A stretch of 64,000 nucleotides of DNA from an uncultured bacterium (GTDB lineage Bacteria; Fidelibacterota; UBA2242). The DNA lies in assembly GCA_964588795.1 (NCBI GenBank), contig CAZPQN010000002.1, positions 48,477-112,476 of the forward strand, written 5' to 3'. Position numbers and translations under genes: made by a program. Positions within the stretch are counted from its first letter, which is position 1, and each line of letters starts with the position of its first letter. Shown one piece after another: positions 8,924 to 19,545 of the stretch. The notes beneath the pieces were generated by a model, which saw nothing but the letters and a program-made list of their open reading frames with translations, was not told the DNA's origin and did not search any database.

Positions 8924-10063
8924 CTAACTGAAAAATGTATCCGCCATTCCGCAGTTGGGGCATAACCACTGGACTTCGGAGCTGACTGTGTTACAGTTGC
9001 TACAACGGAATTCTTCTTTCGTTTCCATCTGCTCAATCAATTCGTTCAATACAGCCGTCACACGTTCCGTGTTGTTTAATCCAACCAGTAGTTTACAGAG
9101 AGCGATTTTAGCCAGAGTGGTATGCGGATTTTTTTCGAGCAAATCTTCCAAAATGCTCGTCGCCCGAGGCAAGTTCCCTTTCTTTTCGTAAAATCCAGCC
9201 AATGCTATCAGGGTGGCCGCATCGCCGGGACGCCGTTTGAGAATGTTCTGATAGAAGCTTTCAATATTTCCAAAACTACCTAAATTGAACAGAATTGTCT
9301 GTAATGGACGAAAAACAAGAGCGGCTTTTTCCGGAGCGAGGTCCGCAAATTTAACGAACCAGTCTACTGAATCCACCTCACGTTTATCATAAATGTATGA
9401 CTTGGCGATATAGTAGTGAGCCGATTCGCAGTTCGGGTCAATTCTTATCGCCTTACGGAAAACTAAACGGGCATCGTGATATTGTCCAGCGTTATATTTT
9501 TCCAGACCTTCCTGAACCTTGAAGATCGCTAATAAGCGGAGGTTTACAATCCCTTTTAATTGCATGACTTTTTCCAGGTATTCATAGGCACTTTCCCAGT
9601 GCTTCAAACCGCGTTCGATATCGCAGATTCTTTCGTGAGCGAGGACATTTTTCCGATCGAGAGATAACATTTCCTGAGCGTATCGTAAAGCCATGTTCTT
9701 ATCATCGATGCCAATGTAATCTTCAACAAGGTTACGCAATATTTCCATGCGCTGGGCTTTCGTCAGATTCTGCCGGTACAATAACCCCTGATGAATTTGG
9801 ATCGCCGAATCAGTCTTACCGGTTCGACGTAACAGTATGCCTAAGTTGATATAGGCATCGAGATTGTCCGTATTTTTCTTGATAACGTCTTTGAAAGTTC
9901 TGATAGCGGCTTCATTCTCACCGTGCAACATATGATTGAGGGCGATGGTGTAAGGATCCGCGTTGGCTACTGTTGGTATTTTCTTCTTACCAAACAGATT
10001 CACGATAATGAATACGATCAGAACGATCAGAACTAAGGTCAATAGCAGGTCCAGCAATTCCAT
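8924..10063 (-). CDS. lapB: LPS assembly protein B-like (TM + TPR + rubredoxin)
   Basis: N-terminal TM, TPR repeats incl. 'AIQIHQGL', C-terminal CSNC...CPNCG; follows lapA. Confidence 0.85.
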   Translation of the reverse strand: MELLDLLLTLVLIVLIVFIIVNLFGKKKIPTVANADPYTIALNHMLHGENEAAIRTFKDVIKKNTDNLDAYINLGILLRRTGKTDSAIQIHQGLLYRQNLTKAQRMEILRNLVEDYIGIDDKNMALRYAQEMLSLDRKNVLAHERICDIERGLKHWESAYEYLEKVMQLKGIVNLRLLAIFKVQEGLEKYNAGQYHDARLVFRKAIRIDPNCESAHYYIAKSYIYDKREVDSVDWFVKFADLAPEKAALVFRPLQTILFNLGSFGNIESFYQNILKRRPGDAATLIALAGFYEKKGNLPRATSILEDLLEKNPHTTLAKIALCKLLVGLNNTERVTAVLNELIEQMETKEEFRCSNCNTVSSEVQWLCPNCGMADTFFS

Positions 10064-10080
10064 GGTTCTCCTGTCATAAA

Positions 10081-10389
10081 CTAATTCATATTGCCGACAT
10101 CTTCGATGCCCTGATTACGTAGCAAATCAATTTCTTTTTTAAGATTACGATATTCGTTATTTAGTGAGCGTAATTGGTTTTTAGCGATGAGGATTTGAAT
10201 GCCCGAAATCAAGAATCCCAGTAGCAATCCTATCAGAAAGGTAATAAATACCAAAATAATCATATCCATTTCGATCACCTGAGAGGTGAAAAGCAAACGC
10301 AATTTCACATTTTGACCCTGGTTCTGGGTGATGAATATGACCAGCAGGAAGATCACGACAATCAATGCAATTAATCTGATAAACTTCAT
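10081..10389 (-). CDS. lapA: LapA family membrane protein
   Basis: Two TM helices with 'FITQN', coiled-coil tail; upstream of lapB. Confidence 0.8.
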   Translation of the reverse strand: MKFIRLIALIVVIFLLVIFITQNQGQNVKLRLLFTSQVIEMDMIILVFITFLIGLLLGFLISGIQILIAKNQLRSLNNEYRNLKKEIDLLRNQGIEDVGNMN

Positions 10390-10402
10390 ATTTGCCTCAA
10401 AT

Positions 10403-11701
10403 TTAGGTGATTTTTCCGAATAATGTCACTCCGGTCGCCTTAATAATTTGCACCGGTACGATTTCACCGACATTACATTTAGCATTTTTGACAACTACGA
10501 GCTTGTTCGAATCAGTACGACCGATTGGTTCCTCAGGATTTTTACGACTGACTCCTTCAATCAGGATGGTTTGGTTCGTACCTATCAAGGCCGTATTTCT
10601 CAACAATGTATGCTGTTTTTGGAGGGTGATGATCGTTTTTAAGCGTTGGGCTTTGACTGCCTCCAGGACATCATCTGGGAATCGAGCCGCCTTAGTTCCC
10701 GGTCGAACGGAGTACTTGAACATAAATGCCGCATCAAATTGTACGATTTGCATAACTTTCAGCGTCTCTTCGAAATCGGCATCCGTCTCGCCAGGAAAGC
10801 CGACAATGATATCCGTGGTAATTGCCACCGATGGAATATACTCGCGGATACGCGCCACAGTGTCCAGGTAATCCTGTTGAGAATAGTTCCGGTTCATGGA
10901 TTTTAGAACCGCTGACGAACCGGCTTGTAGTGGAAGATGTATGTGGCGACAGATTTGACGATTGTCCCGAATTACAGTCAGAGTTTTCAGGTCGAAATCG
11001 CTGGGATGGGGCGAGGTAAACCGCACGCGCTGAATCCCCGTAGTGGTGGCAACAGCCTGCAGTAAATCAGGAAAGCGCCATTCTGAATGATGGTAAGCAT
11101 TGACATTTTGCCCTAACAAAGTCACTTCCTTATAACCTTGGTCAACCGCTCTGCGGACTTCGTCAATGATACTTGCCGGAGGACGACTGCGCTCCCGCCC
11201 TCTGACCAAAGGCACGATGCAAAAGGAGCAGAATTTATCACATCCCCGCATTATCGAAACCCAGGCATTGACCTTAGTCTGGCGCGAAGGGACCAACTCA
11301 GAATAGGTTTCAGTCCGGGAAAGTCTGACATCCACCGCCGGGACATTATTCTGACTGATTAAATCAACCAAATTCCGATAAGAATCCGGTCCAATGACCA
11401 AATCAATGTACGGGCGTTCCGCCAACACTTTACCTTTATCACGTTGCGCTACGCAACCCATCAGGCCTAGTAATAAATCCGGTTTCCGTAGCTTGAGAGA
11501 TTTAAATTGCGACAGACGGGCAAGAGCCCTTTTATCCGCGTTTTCACGAACGCTGCAGGAGTTGACCAGGATCAGGTGCGCCTCGGCCGGTGAATCGGTT
11601 AATTGATAGCCAGCCTGTTGTAAAATACCGCTGACTAATTCCGCGTCGGCCTCATTCATTTGACAGCCGTAGGTTTCTAAATAGAACTTTTTATCCTGCA
11701 T
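10403..11701 (-). CDS. miaB: tRNA-2-methylthio-N6-dimethylallyladenosine synthase
   Basis: TYGCQMN, radical SAM GCDKFCSFC, TDIIVGFPGET, C-terminal TRAM domain. Confidence 0.97.
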   Translation of the reverse strand: MQDKKFYLETYGCQMNEADAELVSGILQQAGYQLTDSPAEAHLILVNSCSVRENADKRALARLSQFKSLKLRKPDLLLGLMGCVAQRDKGKVLAERPYIDLVIGPDSYRNLVDLISQNNVPAVDVRLSRTETYSELVPSRQTKVNAWVSIMRGCDKFCSFCIVPLVRGRERSRPPASIIDEVRRAVDQGYKEVTLLGQNVNAYHHSEWRFPDLLQAVATTTGIQRVRFTSPHPSDFDLKTLTVIRDNRQICRHIHLPLQAGSSAVLKSMNRNYSQQDYLDTVARIREYIPSVAITTDIIVGFPGETDADFEETLKVMQIVQFDAAFMFKYSVRPGTKAARFPDDVLEAVKAQRLKTIITLQKQHTLLRNTALIGTNQTILIEGVSRKNPEEPIGRTDSNKLVVVKNAKCNVGEIVPVQIIKATGVTLFGKIT

Positions 11702-11767
11702 TGCCGAGGGAAATTTACAGAATAAGCAGTGAATTTTCTAAATAGTTTTGGATCTAGGGTGCAGGGT

Positions 11768-12685
11768 TTAGCGAATGAAACCGGTAAAGAAGAAATCCAG
11801 CGGATTTTTATTGATATTGAATTGGGTGACTTCGTAATGTAAATGCGGTCCGGTACTACGTCCGGTGCTACCGACTTCACCTAGTTTCTGACCGCGTTTA
11901 ATGGTATCGCCAACCTTGACATTAATTCGCGATAGATGCGCATAAAGTGTCGAATAGCCAAATCCGTGATTGACTTCGATAAGGTTACCATAACTGCCTT
12001 TATAACCGGCTCCACCTACGACACCATCAGCCGTGGCGTAAATGGGCGTTCCTGCGGGTGCCGCTATGTCAATACCGTAGTGAAATTCACGCCGGCCGGT
12101 AAATGGATCCCGCCGGTAGCCATAGCCATCAATAATAAATCCAACATAAATCGGGCGAATCGAAGGCGTGGATTGAATTTGGCTGGATCGGTGTTTGAAA
12201 GCATCATAAATCGTTTCGTAACTGATGCGTTCGAATTTAAGCTCCCGGGCTAATCGATCAAGATTGTTGGCAAGTGCAGACACTTTCATATTGTCGCCGG
12301 GTAACAATCCATCTAAATCATCGGATCTGACGGTGCGTCCACCGATACCGAGTTTACGGATATCCTGATCAATTGCCGGAAGGTCAACATATGTTCTTAG
12401 CGCCTTGTCTTTTTCAACCAGTACACTGATTTCAGACTCCATTTTCTGAACCCGGTTATTTAAATCATAAAAAGTGCTAACTAAACGATTGTTATTCTTG
12501 CGCAGGTGGTGTAGTTTGGTTTTGTAGACAACGCCGGATAGCAGATTAGCCCCAAAAATCAATACGAGGATGACCGTGATTGTCGTGATACTCAGAGCAG
12601 TAACCAGCTTACTCCAATTCAGGGAAAGTGAGCGAACGCCTTTTTTTGTGTGCCAGACAAAAACGAATTTAGGCGCTTTCTTCAT
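11768..12685 (-). CDS. M23 family metallopeptidase
   Basis: HYGIDIA, LYAHL, STGPHLHYEV motifs; N-terminal TM and coiled coil. Confidence 0.93.
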   Translation of the reverse strand: MKKAPKFVFVWHTKKGVRSLSLNWSKLVTALSITTITVILVLIFGANLLSGVVYKTKLHHLRKNNNRLVSTFYDLNNRVQKMESEISVLVEKDKALRTYVDLPAIDQDIRKLGIGGRTVRSDDLDGLLPGDNMKVSALANNLDRLARELKFERISYETIYDAFKHRSSQIQSTPSIRPIYVGFIIDGYGYRRDPFTGRREFHYGIDIAAPAGTPIYATADGVVGGAGYKGSYGNLIEVNHGFGYSTLYAHLSRINVKVGDTIKRGQKLGEVGSTGRSTGPHLHYEVTQFNINKNPLDFFFTGFIR

Positions 12686-12730
12686 TTAATTTTTTCTGCT
12701 CTTTTATACCCGGTTCCTGATGATGGTCGG

Positions 12731-12759
12731 ATATTAACCATTTGAATCGAATTTGTCAA
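12731..12759 (-). promoter_or_regulatory. Sigma70-type promoter for the M23 gene
   Basis: TTGACA-17 nt-TAATAT on the minus strand. Confidence 0.7.
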
Positions 12760-12767
12760 CCATTTTT

Positions 12768-13640
12768 TTACCCTAAAAAACCTCGTAAATGAAGAGAACG
12801 GCGCGTATGCCGCAGTTTTCGGATGGCTTTCTCTTTAATTTGCCTCACTCGCTCCCGAGTCAAATGTAGCTTTTCACCAATTTCCTCCAGCGTCATGGGG
12901 AGCTCTAAGCCGATTCCAAAATACCATTTGACGATCAGTGCTTCCCGGCTATCGAGACTACTCAGGGCGCGCTGGATTTCAAAATGAAAAGATTCTTCGG
13001 TCATCAGTCGGACAGGATCATTGTCTTCCATGCCAGGTAGTATATCCAGAAGAGTATCATCTCGATTATGACCAAGCGGTGCATCCATGCTCACCGTTCT
13101 CTCGCCCACCTGGGTTACCAAATCCGGATCGATCTTTTCATGGATGAGGATATCTTCAATTTCGCTGGCGCTTGGTTCTCTCTCGAAATCCCGCTCGAAC
13201 TCTGAGGCAATCCTGGATATTTTTTGGAGATTTCCGATGACGTTTAATGGTAAACGTACTAAATGCGAATACTCGGAAATAGCCTGCAAAATAGTTTGGC
13301 GAATCCACCATACGGCATAGGAAATGAATTTAAAACCACGGGTCTCGTCATAGCGTTTGGCTGCTTTTATTAATCCGATATTCCCTTCGTTAATTAGATC
13401 CTCCAGGGAAAGTCCATGTCCCTGGTATTTTTTAGCTACCGAAACAACGAAACGCAAGTTAGCCTTCAACAAGCGGTCCAGAGCCTCAGAGTCGCCGGCT
13501 TTGACTTTATGGGCTAATTCTATTTCTTCTTCCGGCGTTAGCGGTTTTTCCGCGGCGATTTCCTCAAAGTAACGACGAAGTACTTCGCTGTTTGAAAATG
13601 ACTTAGGTCGTCGGGAATCATTTCTGTCAACCGCCGTCAT
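12768..13640 (-). CDS. RNA polymerase sigma factor, RpoD/SigA family (short, no region 1.1)
   Basis: ANLRFVVSVAKKY, DLINEGNIGL, FISYAVWWIRQ, TRERVRQIKEKA. Confidence 0.93.
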   Translation of the reverse strand: MTAVDRNDSRRPKSFSNSEVLRRYFEEIAAEKPLTPEEEIELAHKVKAGDSEALDRLLKANLRFVVSVAKKYQGHGLSLEDLINEGNIGLIKAAKRYDETRGFKFISYAVWWIRQTILQAISEYSHLVRLPLNVIGNLQKISRIASEFERDFEREPSASEIEDILIHEKIDPDLVTQVGERTVSMDAPLGHNRDDTLLDILPGMEDNDPVRLMTEESFHFEIQRALSSLDSREALIVKWYFGIGLELPMTLEEIGEKLHLTRERVRQIKEKAIRKLRHTRRSLHLRGFLG

Positions 13641-13660
13641 GGGACTATTTTCATTGTAAA

Positions 13661-14035
13661 TTACTGGGACTCAGCCGGGGTTTGCTTTGGTTTCTCGGTT
13701 TTTGCGGCCTCTTTAATCTGCTGATACTGATTTTCTTTTTCTTTTACTTTAAGCTCCAGCGTTTTGATGTCTTCGACGATGGCTTTGACTTTCTCGTTGC
13801 GGGCAAACTGGGCTTCTTCTGTTTCATTCAGCAAGGCATATACGGTCTGCCCGAGCTCAGTCATTTTCTTATCGATGTCGCGTTTCAGTTGGAAAATGTC
13901 CAGCTTTACCTTGCCCAATTTGGTCATTTCTTCAGCTTTGTCGGCGGCTTCCCGGGTGATTTCGGATGCTTTCACAGCCGCCTTGGAAGCCAGGTTGCCG
14001 ACTCCCTTTTTCAAGTCGTTCCATAATGCTGCCAT
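13661..14035 (-). CDS. Hypothetical coiled-coil protein
   Basis: Charged helical ORF with SD GGAGG, co-oriented with neighbours. Confidence 0.75.
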   Translation of the reverse strand: MAALWNDLKKGVGNLASKAAVKASEITREAADKAEEMTKLGKVKLDIFQLKRDIDKKMTELGQTVYALLNETEEAQFARNEKVKAIVEDIKTLELKVKEKENQYQQIKEAAKTEKPKQTPAESQ

Positions 14036-14114
14036 AGCGCCTCCATTAAAAGTTATTTATTGTATTTCTAAGATATATTTACAAAAAAATACTGGGAAAA
14101 AAAATATTTATTAT

Positions 14115-14147
14115 AAAAAAGCCCCTGAGGGTTCCCAGGGGCTTTTT
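14115..14147. terminator. Intrinsic terminator after groEL (bidirectional shape)
   Basis: AAAAAAGCCCCTG-AGGGTTCC-CAGGGGCTTTTT. Confidence 0.85.
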
Positions 14148-14165
14148 ATTACCAAGCACTGATGA

Positions 14166-15854
<1,689 letters not shown>

Positions 15855-15875
15855 TTATCTCCTTAACTGTTTGGT

Positions 15876-16160
15876 TTAGAGGATCGCGAAAATATCGCTT
15901 TCCCGCATGATTAAATGTTCGACCCCGTTGATTGTTACTTCTGTCCCGGAGTATTTCCCATACAGAACTTTGTCGCCTACTTTTACTTCCAGAGGTATTT
16001 TCGTCCCATTATCGGTCACTTTCCCCGGACCAACCGCAATGACTTCGCCTTCCTGCGGTTTCTCTTTGGCAGTATCCGGCAAATAGATACCACCGGCAGT
16101 TTTCTCCTCCATCACAGAAGGTTTAACGAGCACACGATCGTGCAAGGGTTTAATTGGCAT
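15876..16160 (-). CDS. groS: Co-chaperonin GroES
   Basis: [10 protein letters not shown]...[13 protein letters not shown]. Confidence 0.99.
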   Translation of the reverse strand: MPIKPLHDRVLVKPSVMEEKTAGGIYLPDTAKEKPQEGEVIAVGPGKVTDNGTKIPLEVKVGDKVLYGKYSGTEVTINGVEHLIMRESDIFAIL

Positions 16161-16248
16161 TTCATGCTCCTTTCATTTTGTTATTAATTTTTTCACGAAT
16201 TTGCATCATCAGATCAACCTCACGTACTCAAAAAACGCTGTCCCAATT

Positions 16249-16264
16249 TACAAATGACGTGCCA
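16249..16264 (-). promoter_or_regulatory. Putative sigma54 (-24/-12) promoter for groESL
   Basis: TGGCACG-TCAT-TTGTA versus consensus TGGCACG-N4-TTGCW (one mismatch). Confidence 0.5.
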
Positions 16265-16368
16265 GCTCAGGCATAGGACATAAAGGCAGATTGGCTCGAC
16301 TCTCATTCAATCAATCAGCATCTTTCGATTAAACATCGGATTGTAGATTTCCTATTTCTTTTGTATGC

Positions 16369-17160
16369 TTGGATATGTTTCTGGTAGAATTCGGGTATTT
16401 CATAGTCGGTTTAATGGCGGGGGTTCTTTCCGGCATGTTTGGTATCGGAGGAGGAATCGTCATTGTACCTGCTCTACTTATCTTTTCTCATTTAAATCAG
16501 ACCGTGGCTAATGGTACCTCCCTCGCGGCTTTATTGTTGCCAGTCGGAATCCTCGCGGTCATTGAGTATTACAAACAAAGATTAATCGACGTCCGCGGAG
16601 CTTTTTTAATCGGACTGGGTATCAGCGCTGGGATCATAATCGGAAGCGAAACTGCCCTTTTTCTACCGGGAAGTATACTTCGCAAACTATATGCTCTTTT
16701 TCTGTTATACATGGACTATCAGTTCCTCGACGTCCCGACACTATTAAAGAAAAAACGCAAAATGCAGTCACCTGTCAAAGAAGATGATCGCCTGGCAGTC
16801 CGACCTGTAAAAGTCCCCCAGGCACTTCTGATTGGTCTACTGGCGGGACTACTGGCGGGTCTATTCGGAATAGGCGGCGGCATAGTAATTGTCCCGCTAC
16901 TTTTCTCAATTTTCAAATATCCATACCAAAAAGCGGTGGGCACATCTTTATGCGCCCTATTATTACCAGTTGGATTACCGGGTGTAATGATTTATCATCA
17001 AGCCGGAGCAATGAATTTCAAAATCGCCGTACTGATCGGTCTGGGTTTGACAGTCGGAGCGTTAGGCGGAGCAAAGCTAGCCCTCAATATACCCGCCGAC
17101 CGCGTGCAAAGACTGTACGGTTTATTTTTACTGTATGTCGTGGTGTATTTAATAATTTAA
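16369..17160 (+). CDS. Sulfite exporter TauE/SafE family membrane protein
   Basis: Duplicated G(M/L)FGIGGGIVIVP and A.GTSL motifs. Confidence 0.92.
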   Translation: MDMFLVEFGYFIVGLMAGVLSGMFGIGGGIVIVPALLIFSHLNQTVANGTSLAALLLPVGILAVIEYYKQRLIDVRGAFLIGLGISAGIIIGSETALFLPGSILRKLYALFLLYMDYQFLDVPTLLKKKRKMQSPVKEDDRLAVRPVKVPQALLIGLLAGLLAGLFGIGGGIVIVPLLFSIFKYPYQKAVGTSLCALLLPVGLPGVMIYHQAGAMNFKIAVLIGLGLTVGALGGAKLALNIPADRVQRLYGLFLLYVVVYLII

Positions 17161-17177
17161 ATCTCGCCGAACCCAAA

Positions 17178-17525
17178 CTACTGCAGGTTCTCATCCTTGA
17201 TTTTGGCGGCTTTACCCTTGAGGTTGCGCAGGTAGTATAGTTTCGCCCGTCGGACTCGCCCTACCGAGATACGTTCGATTTTAGAGACTTTGGGTGAATG
17301 CAAGGGAAATACTCGCTCGACGCCAATACCATTGGAGATTTTCCGGACAGTAAAAGTTGCTCCGACTCCACTGCCTCGTCTGGCAATCACGACTCCTTGG
17401 AAAACCTGATTTCTTTCCTTGTCTCCTTCAATGATTTTTACTTCGACCGCGACGGTGTCACCCGGTTTAAAATCCGGTATTTCATTTTTCAATTGATCAG
17501 CTACTGCTGTGTCAAGCTTATTCAT
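17178..17525 (-). CDS. rplS: 50S ribosomal protein L19
   Basis: [30 protein letters not shown]. Confidence 0.99.
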   Translation of the reverse strand: MNKLDTAVADQLKNEIPDFKPGDTVAVEVKIIEGDKERNQVFQGVVIARRGSGVGATFTVRKISNGIGVERVFPLHSPKVSKIERISVGRVRRAKLYYLRNLKGKAAKIKDENLQ

Positions 17526-18233
17526 TCAAACCTCCATTTCGGCTATGTTGATCTTTTTCAATAAATCGGTGCGGCGTTCTCGGGTACGCTCTATACGCTG
17601 TGTGCGACGCCATTCTTTAATTTCGGCATGATTCCCTGATAACAAGACTTCTGGTACATTTTTACGGCGATAAGTCCGGGGTTTGGTGTACAGTGGGCCT
17701 TCCAGTAAATTATCCGCCAGGGAATCGCTGGCCGCGGATTCATAAGAATGCAAAACACCCGGGACATGGCGTATAATGGCATCAATCATCAACAACGCGG
17801 GGAGTTCTCCACCGGTGACCACGTAATCGCCAATACTGATTTCATCCGTAACGAGATTGGCAATAACCCGTTCATCCACTCCTTTATAATGACCACAGAA
17901 AAACGTCAGGCTGGCATGCTGAGCCAATCTGAGCGCCAGCGTATGACTAAACAGCATCCCTTGCGGAGAGGGAAAAATCACACGCGGTGACTTTTCACCC
18001 GCGACCTTTTTAATTCTGTCAAAGGCACGGAAAAATGGCTCCGGCTTGAGAACCATTCCCGCCCCTCCACCGAAAGGTTTATCATCTATCTGCTTATGTT
18101 TGTCCCGAGTGAAATCACGCAGGTTCCAGACCAGATATTCGACACAACCCTTCTCTGCGGCTTTGCGATACATCGTTTCACTCAGGCAGGCCTGAATTAT
18201 CCCCGGAAAGGCGGTAACGATAAAAATTTTCAT
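17526..18233 (-). CDS. trmD: tRNA (guanine37-N1)-methyltransferase
   Basis: DDKPFGGGAGM, CGHYKGVDER, SIGDYVVTGGE. Confidence 0.98.
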   Translation of the reverse strand: MKIFIVTAFPGIIQACLSETMYRKAAEKGCVEYLVWNLRDFTRDKHKQIDDKPFGGGAGMVLKPEPFFRAFDRIKKVAGEKSPRVIFPSPQGMLFSHTLALRLAQHASLTFFCGHYKGVDERVIANLVTDEISIGDYVVTGGELPALLMIDAIIRHVPGVLHSYESAASDSLADNLLEGPLYTKPRTYRRKNVPEVLLSGNHAEIKEWRRTQRIERTRERRTDLLKKINIAEMEV

Positions 18234-18748
18234 TCGGGGAGCAGACCTTCCACTTCCTTAAGGTAAAGAATGCGTTTGGCATGGTCTACCGATTCGAGCA
18301 ATTCAGGCACAGCGGGAATCAGAACTTCCTTACCCGCAATATTGACGACATACTGTTTTTGTGCTTGATTGCCAGTAACAGCGACTATTTGACCAGATCG
18401 TTCTTTGCATCCGGGCATTTGGACCATGTAATTTAAAAATTCGAACGGGGAGGCAGTTCGCTTCTGCGGTCGCTTGACGAACACCTGTAAACCCTTTAAA
18501 TACGCGGCTTGGGCCGGAGAGTTAATTGCTTCTAATTGAAGAAACAGCCTGGTATTGACCCACTGCCGGGATTTCACGATCCAACGTTGTGCCTGTACAG
18601 CATTTTCTCCCAACCATACGGTGTTTAATCGGAGTAACTCATCTTGTCCGATAATTGCGCTGACCTTCAATTCACCTTTGAGGCCGCGCCAGCCGGTGAT
18701 GGTGCCAATTAAAAACAGAGAAGTGGGTTTATGCCGCATCTTATTCAA
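18230..18748 (-). CDS. rimM: Ribosome maturation factor RimM
   Basis: IG.I...RGLKGELKV, EVLIP; position between KH protein and trmD. Confidence 0.88.
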   Translation of the reverse strand: MNKMRHKPTSLFLIGTITGWRGLKGELKVSAIIGQDELLRLNTVWLGENAVQAQRWIVKSRQWVNTRLFLQLEAINSPAQAAYLKGLQVFVKRPQKRTASPFEFLNYMVQMPGCKERSGQIVAVTGNQAQKQYVVNIAGKEVLIPAVPELLESVDHAKRILYLKEVEGLLPE

Positions 18749-18974
18749 TGATTTCTAGGATTGCTCTCTTCTGACCTTGTTTGACAGAAATGGCCGTGAT
18801 CAGCGTCCGCAAGGCCTGGGCGGTATGCCCCCGTTTACCAATTACCTTGCCCAAATCACCTTCTTTGACCTTCAATTCCAAAATGATCGTTTTTTCACTG
18901 TCAATTTGCGTCACGTGGACATCTTCAGGGTGATCCACCAACTTTTTCACGATTGATTCGACGAACTCTTTCAT
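18741..18974 (-). CDS. khpA: KH-domain RNA-binding protein
   Basis: LVDHPEDV, DLGKVIGKRG motifs. Confidence 0.93.
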   Translation of the reverse strand: MKEFVESIVKKLVDHPEDVHVTQIDSEKTIILELKVKEGDLGKVIGKRGHTAQALRTLITAISVKQGQKRAILEIIE

Positions 18975-19074
18975 GACTTTTTCTCCTTATTTCTGCTGCC
19001 ATTTTGTATTTTGAAAAAAGCTCGTGTTAATCAATGATTGTACAATCAAATTCTTTGATAAGTAAAAACCTGGA

Positions 19075-19521
19075 TCAGTCGCTGTTATCAGAATTAGGTT
19101 GGCTCGGTTCGCCCGGTTCATCTGGAGTACTCTCCGGGACAATTGGTTCAGCTGTACCGGATTTTTCGATGGATTCCTTTGGAACCTGGGGCGCGTGCAT
19201 CTTTTTAGCCATTTCCCATTTCTGTATCTCAATGTTGCGGGTTTGCTCGCTGACTTTATTGCGAATCAAATGATATTCCAGCGCAATACCTGCCTTCTGC
19301 AGTAGATTAAAAACGGTTTCTGTGGGAACCGCACCCTGATCTAACCATTTGGCTATTTTTTCTTTCTCAAGCTGCACGGTGGCGGGCTTGGTCAGGGGAT
19401 CATAATAACCCAACTTATCGAGATATCGTCCATCACGACGACTTCTTGAATCAATCGCGACAATACGATAAAACGGTTTTTTCTTTCTTCCTAGTCGAAG
19501 CAATCTGATTTTTACTGCCAC
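19075..19521 (-). CDS. rpsP: 30S ribosomal protein S16 with C-terminal extension
   Basis: VKIRL.RLGRKKKPFYRIV, RDGRY. Confidence 0.98.
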   Translation of the reverse strand: MAVKIRLLRLGRKKKPFYRIVAIDSRSRRDGRYLDKLGYYDPLTKPATVQLEKEKIAKWLDQGAVPTETVFNLLQKAGIALEYHLIRNKVSEQTRNIEIQKWEMAKKMHAPQVPKESIEKSGTAEPIVPESTPDEPGEPSQPNSDNSD

Positions 19522-19545
19522 GCAATTTCTCCTTTAGTTATTTCC

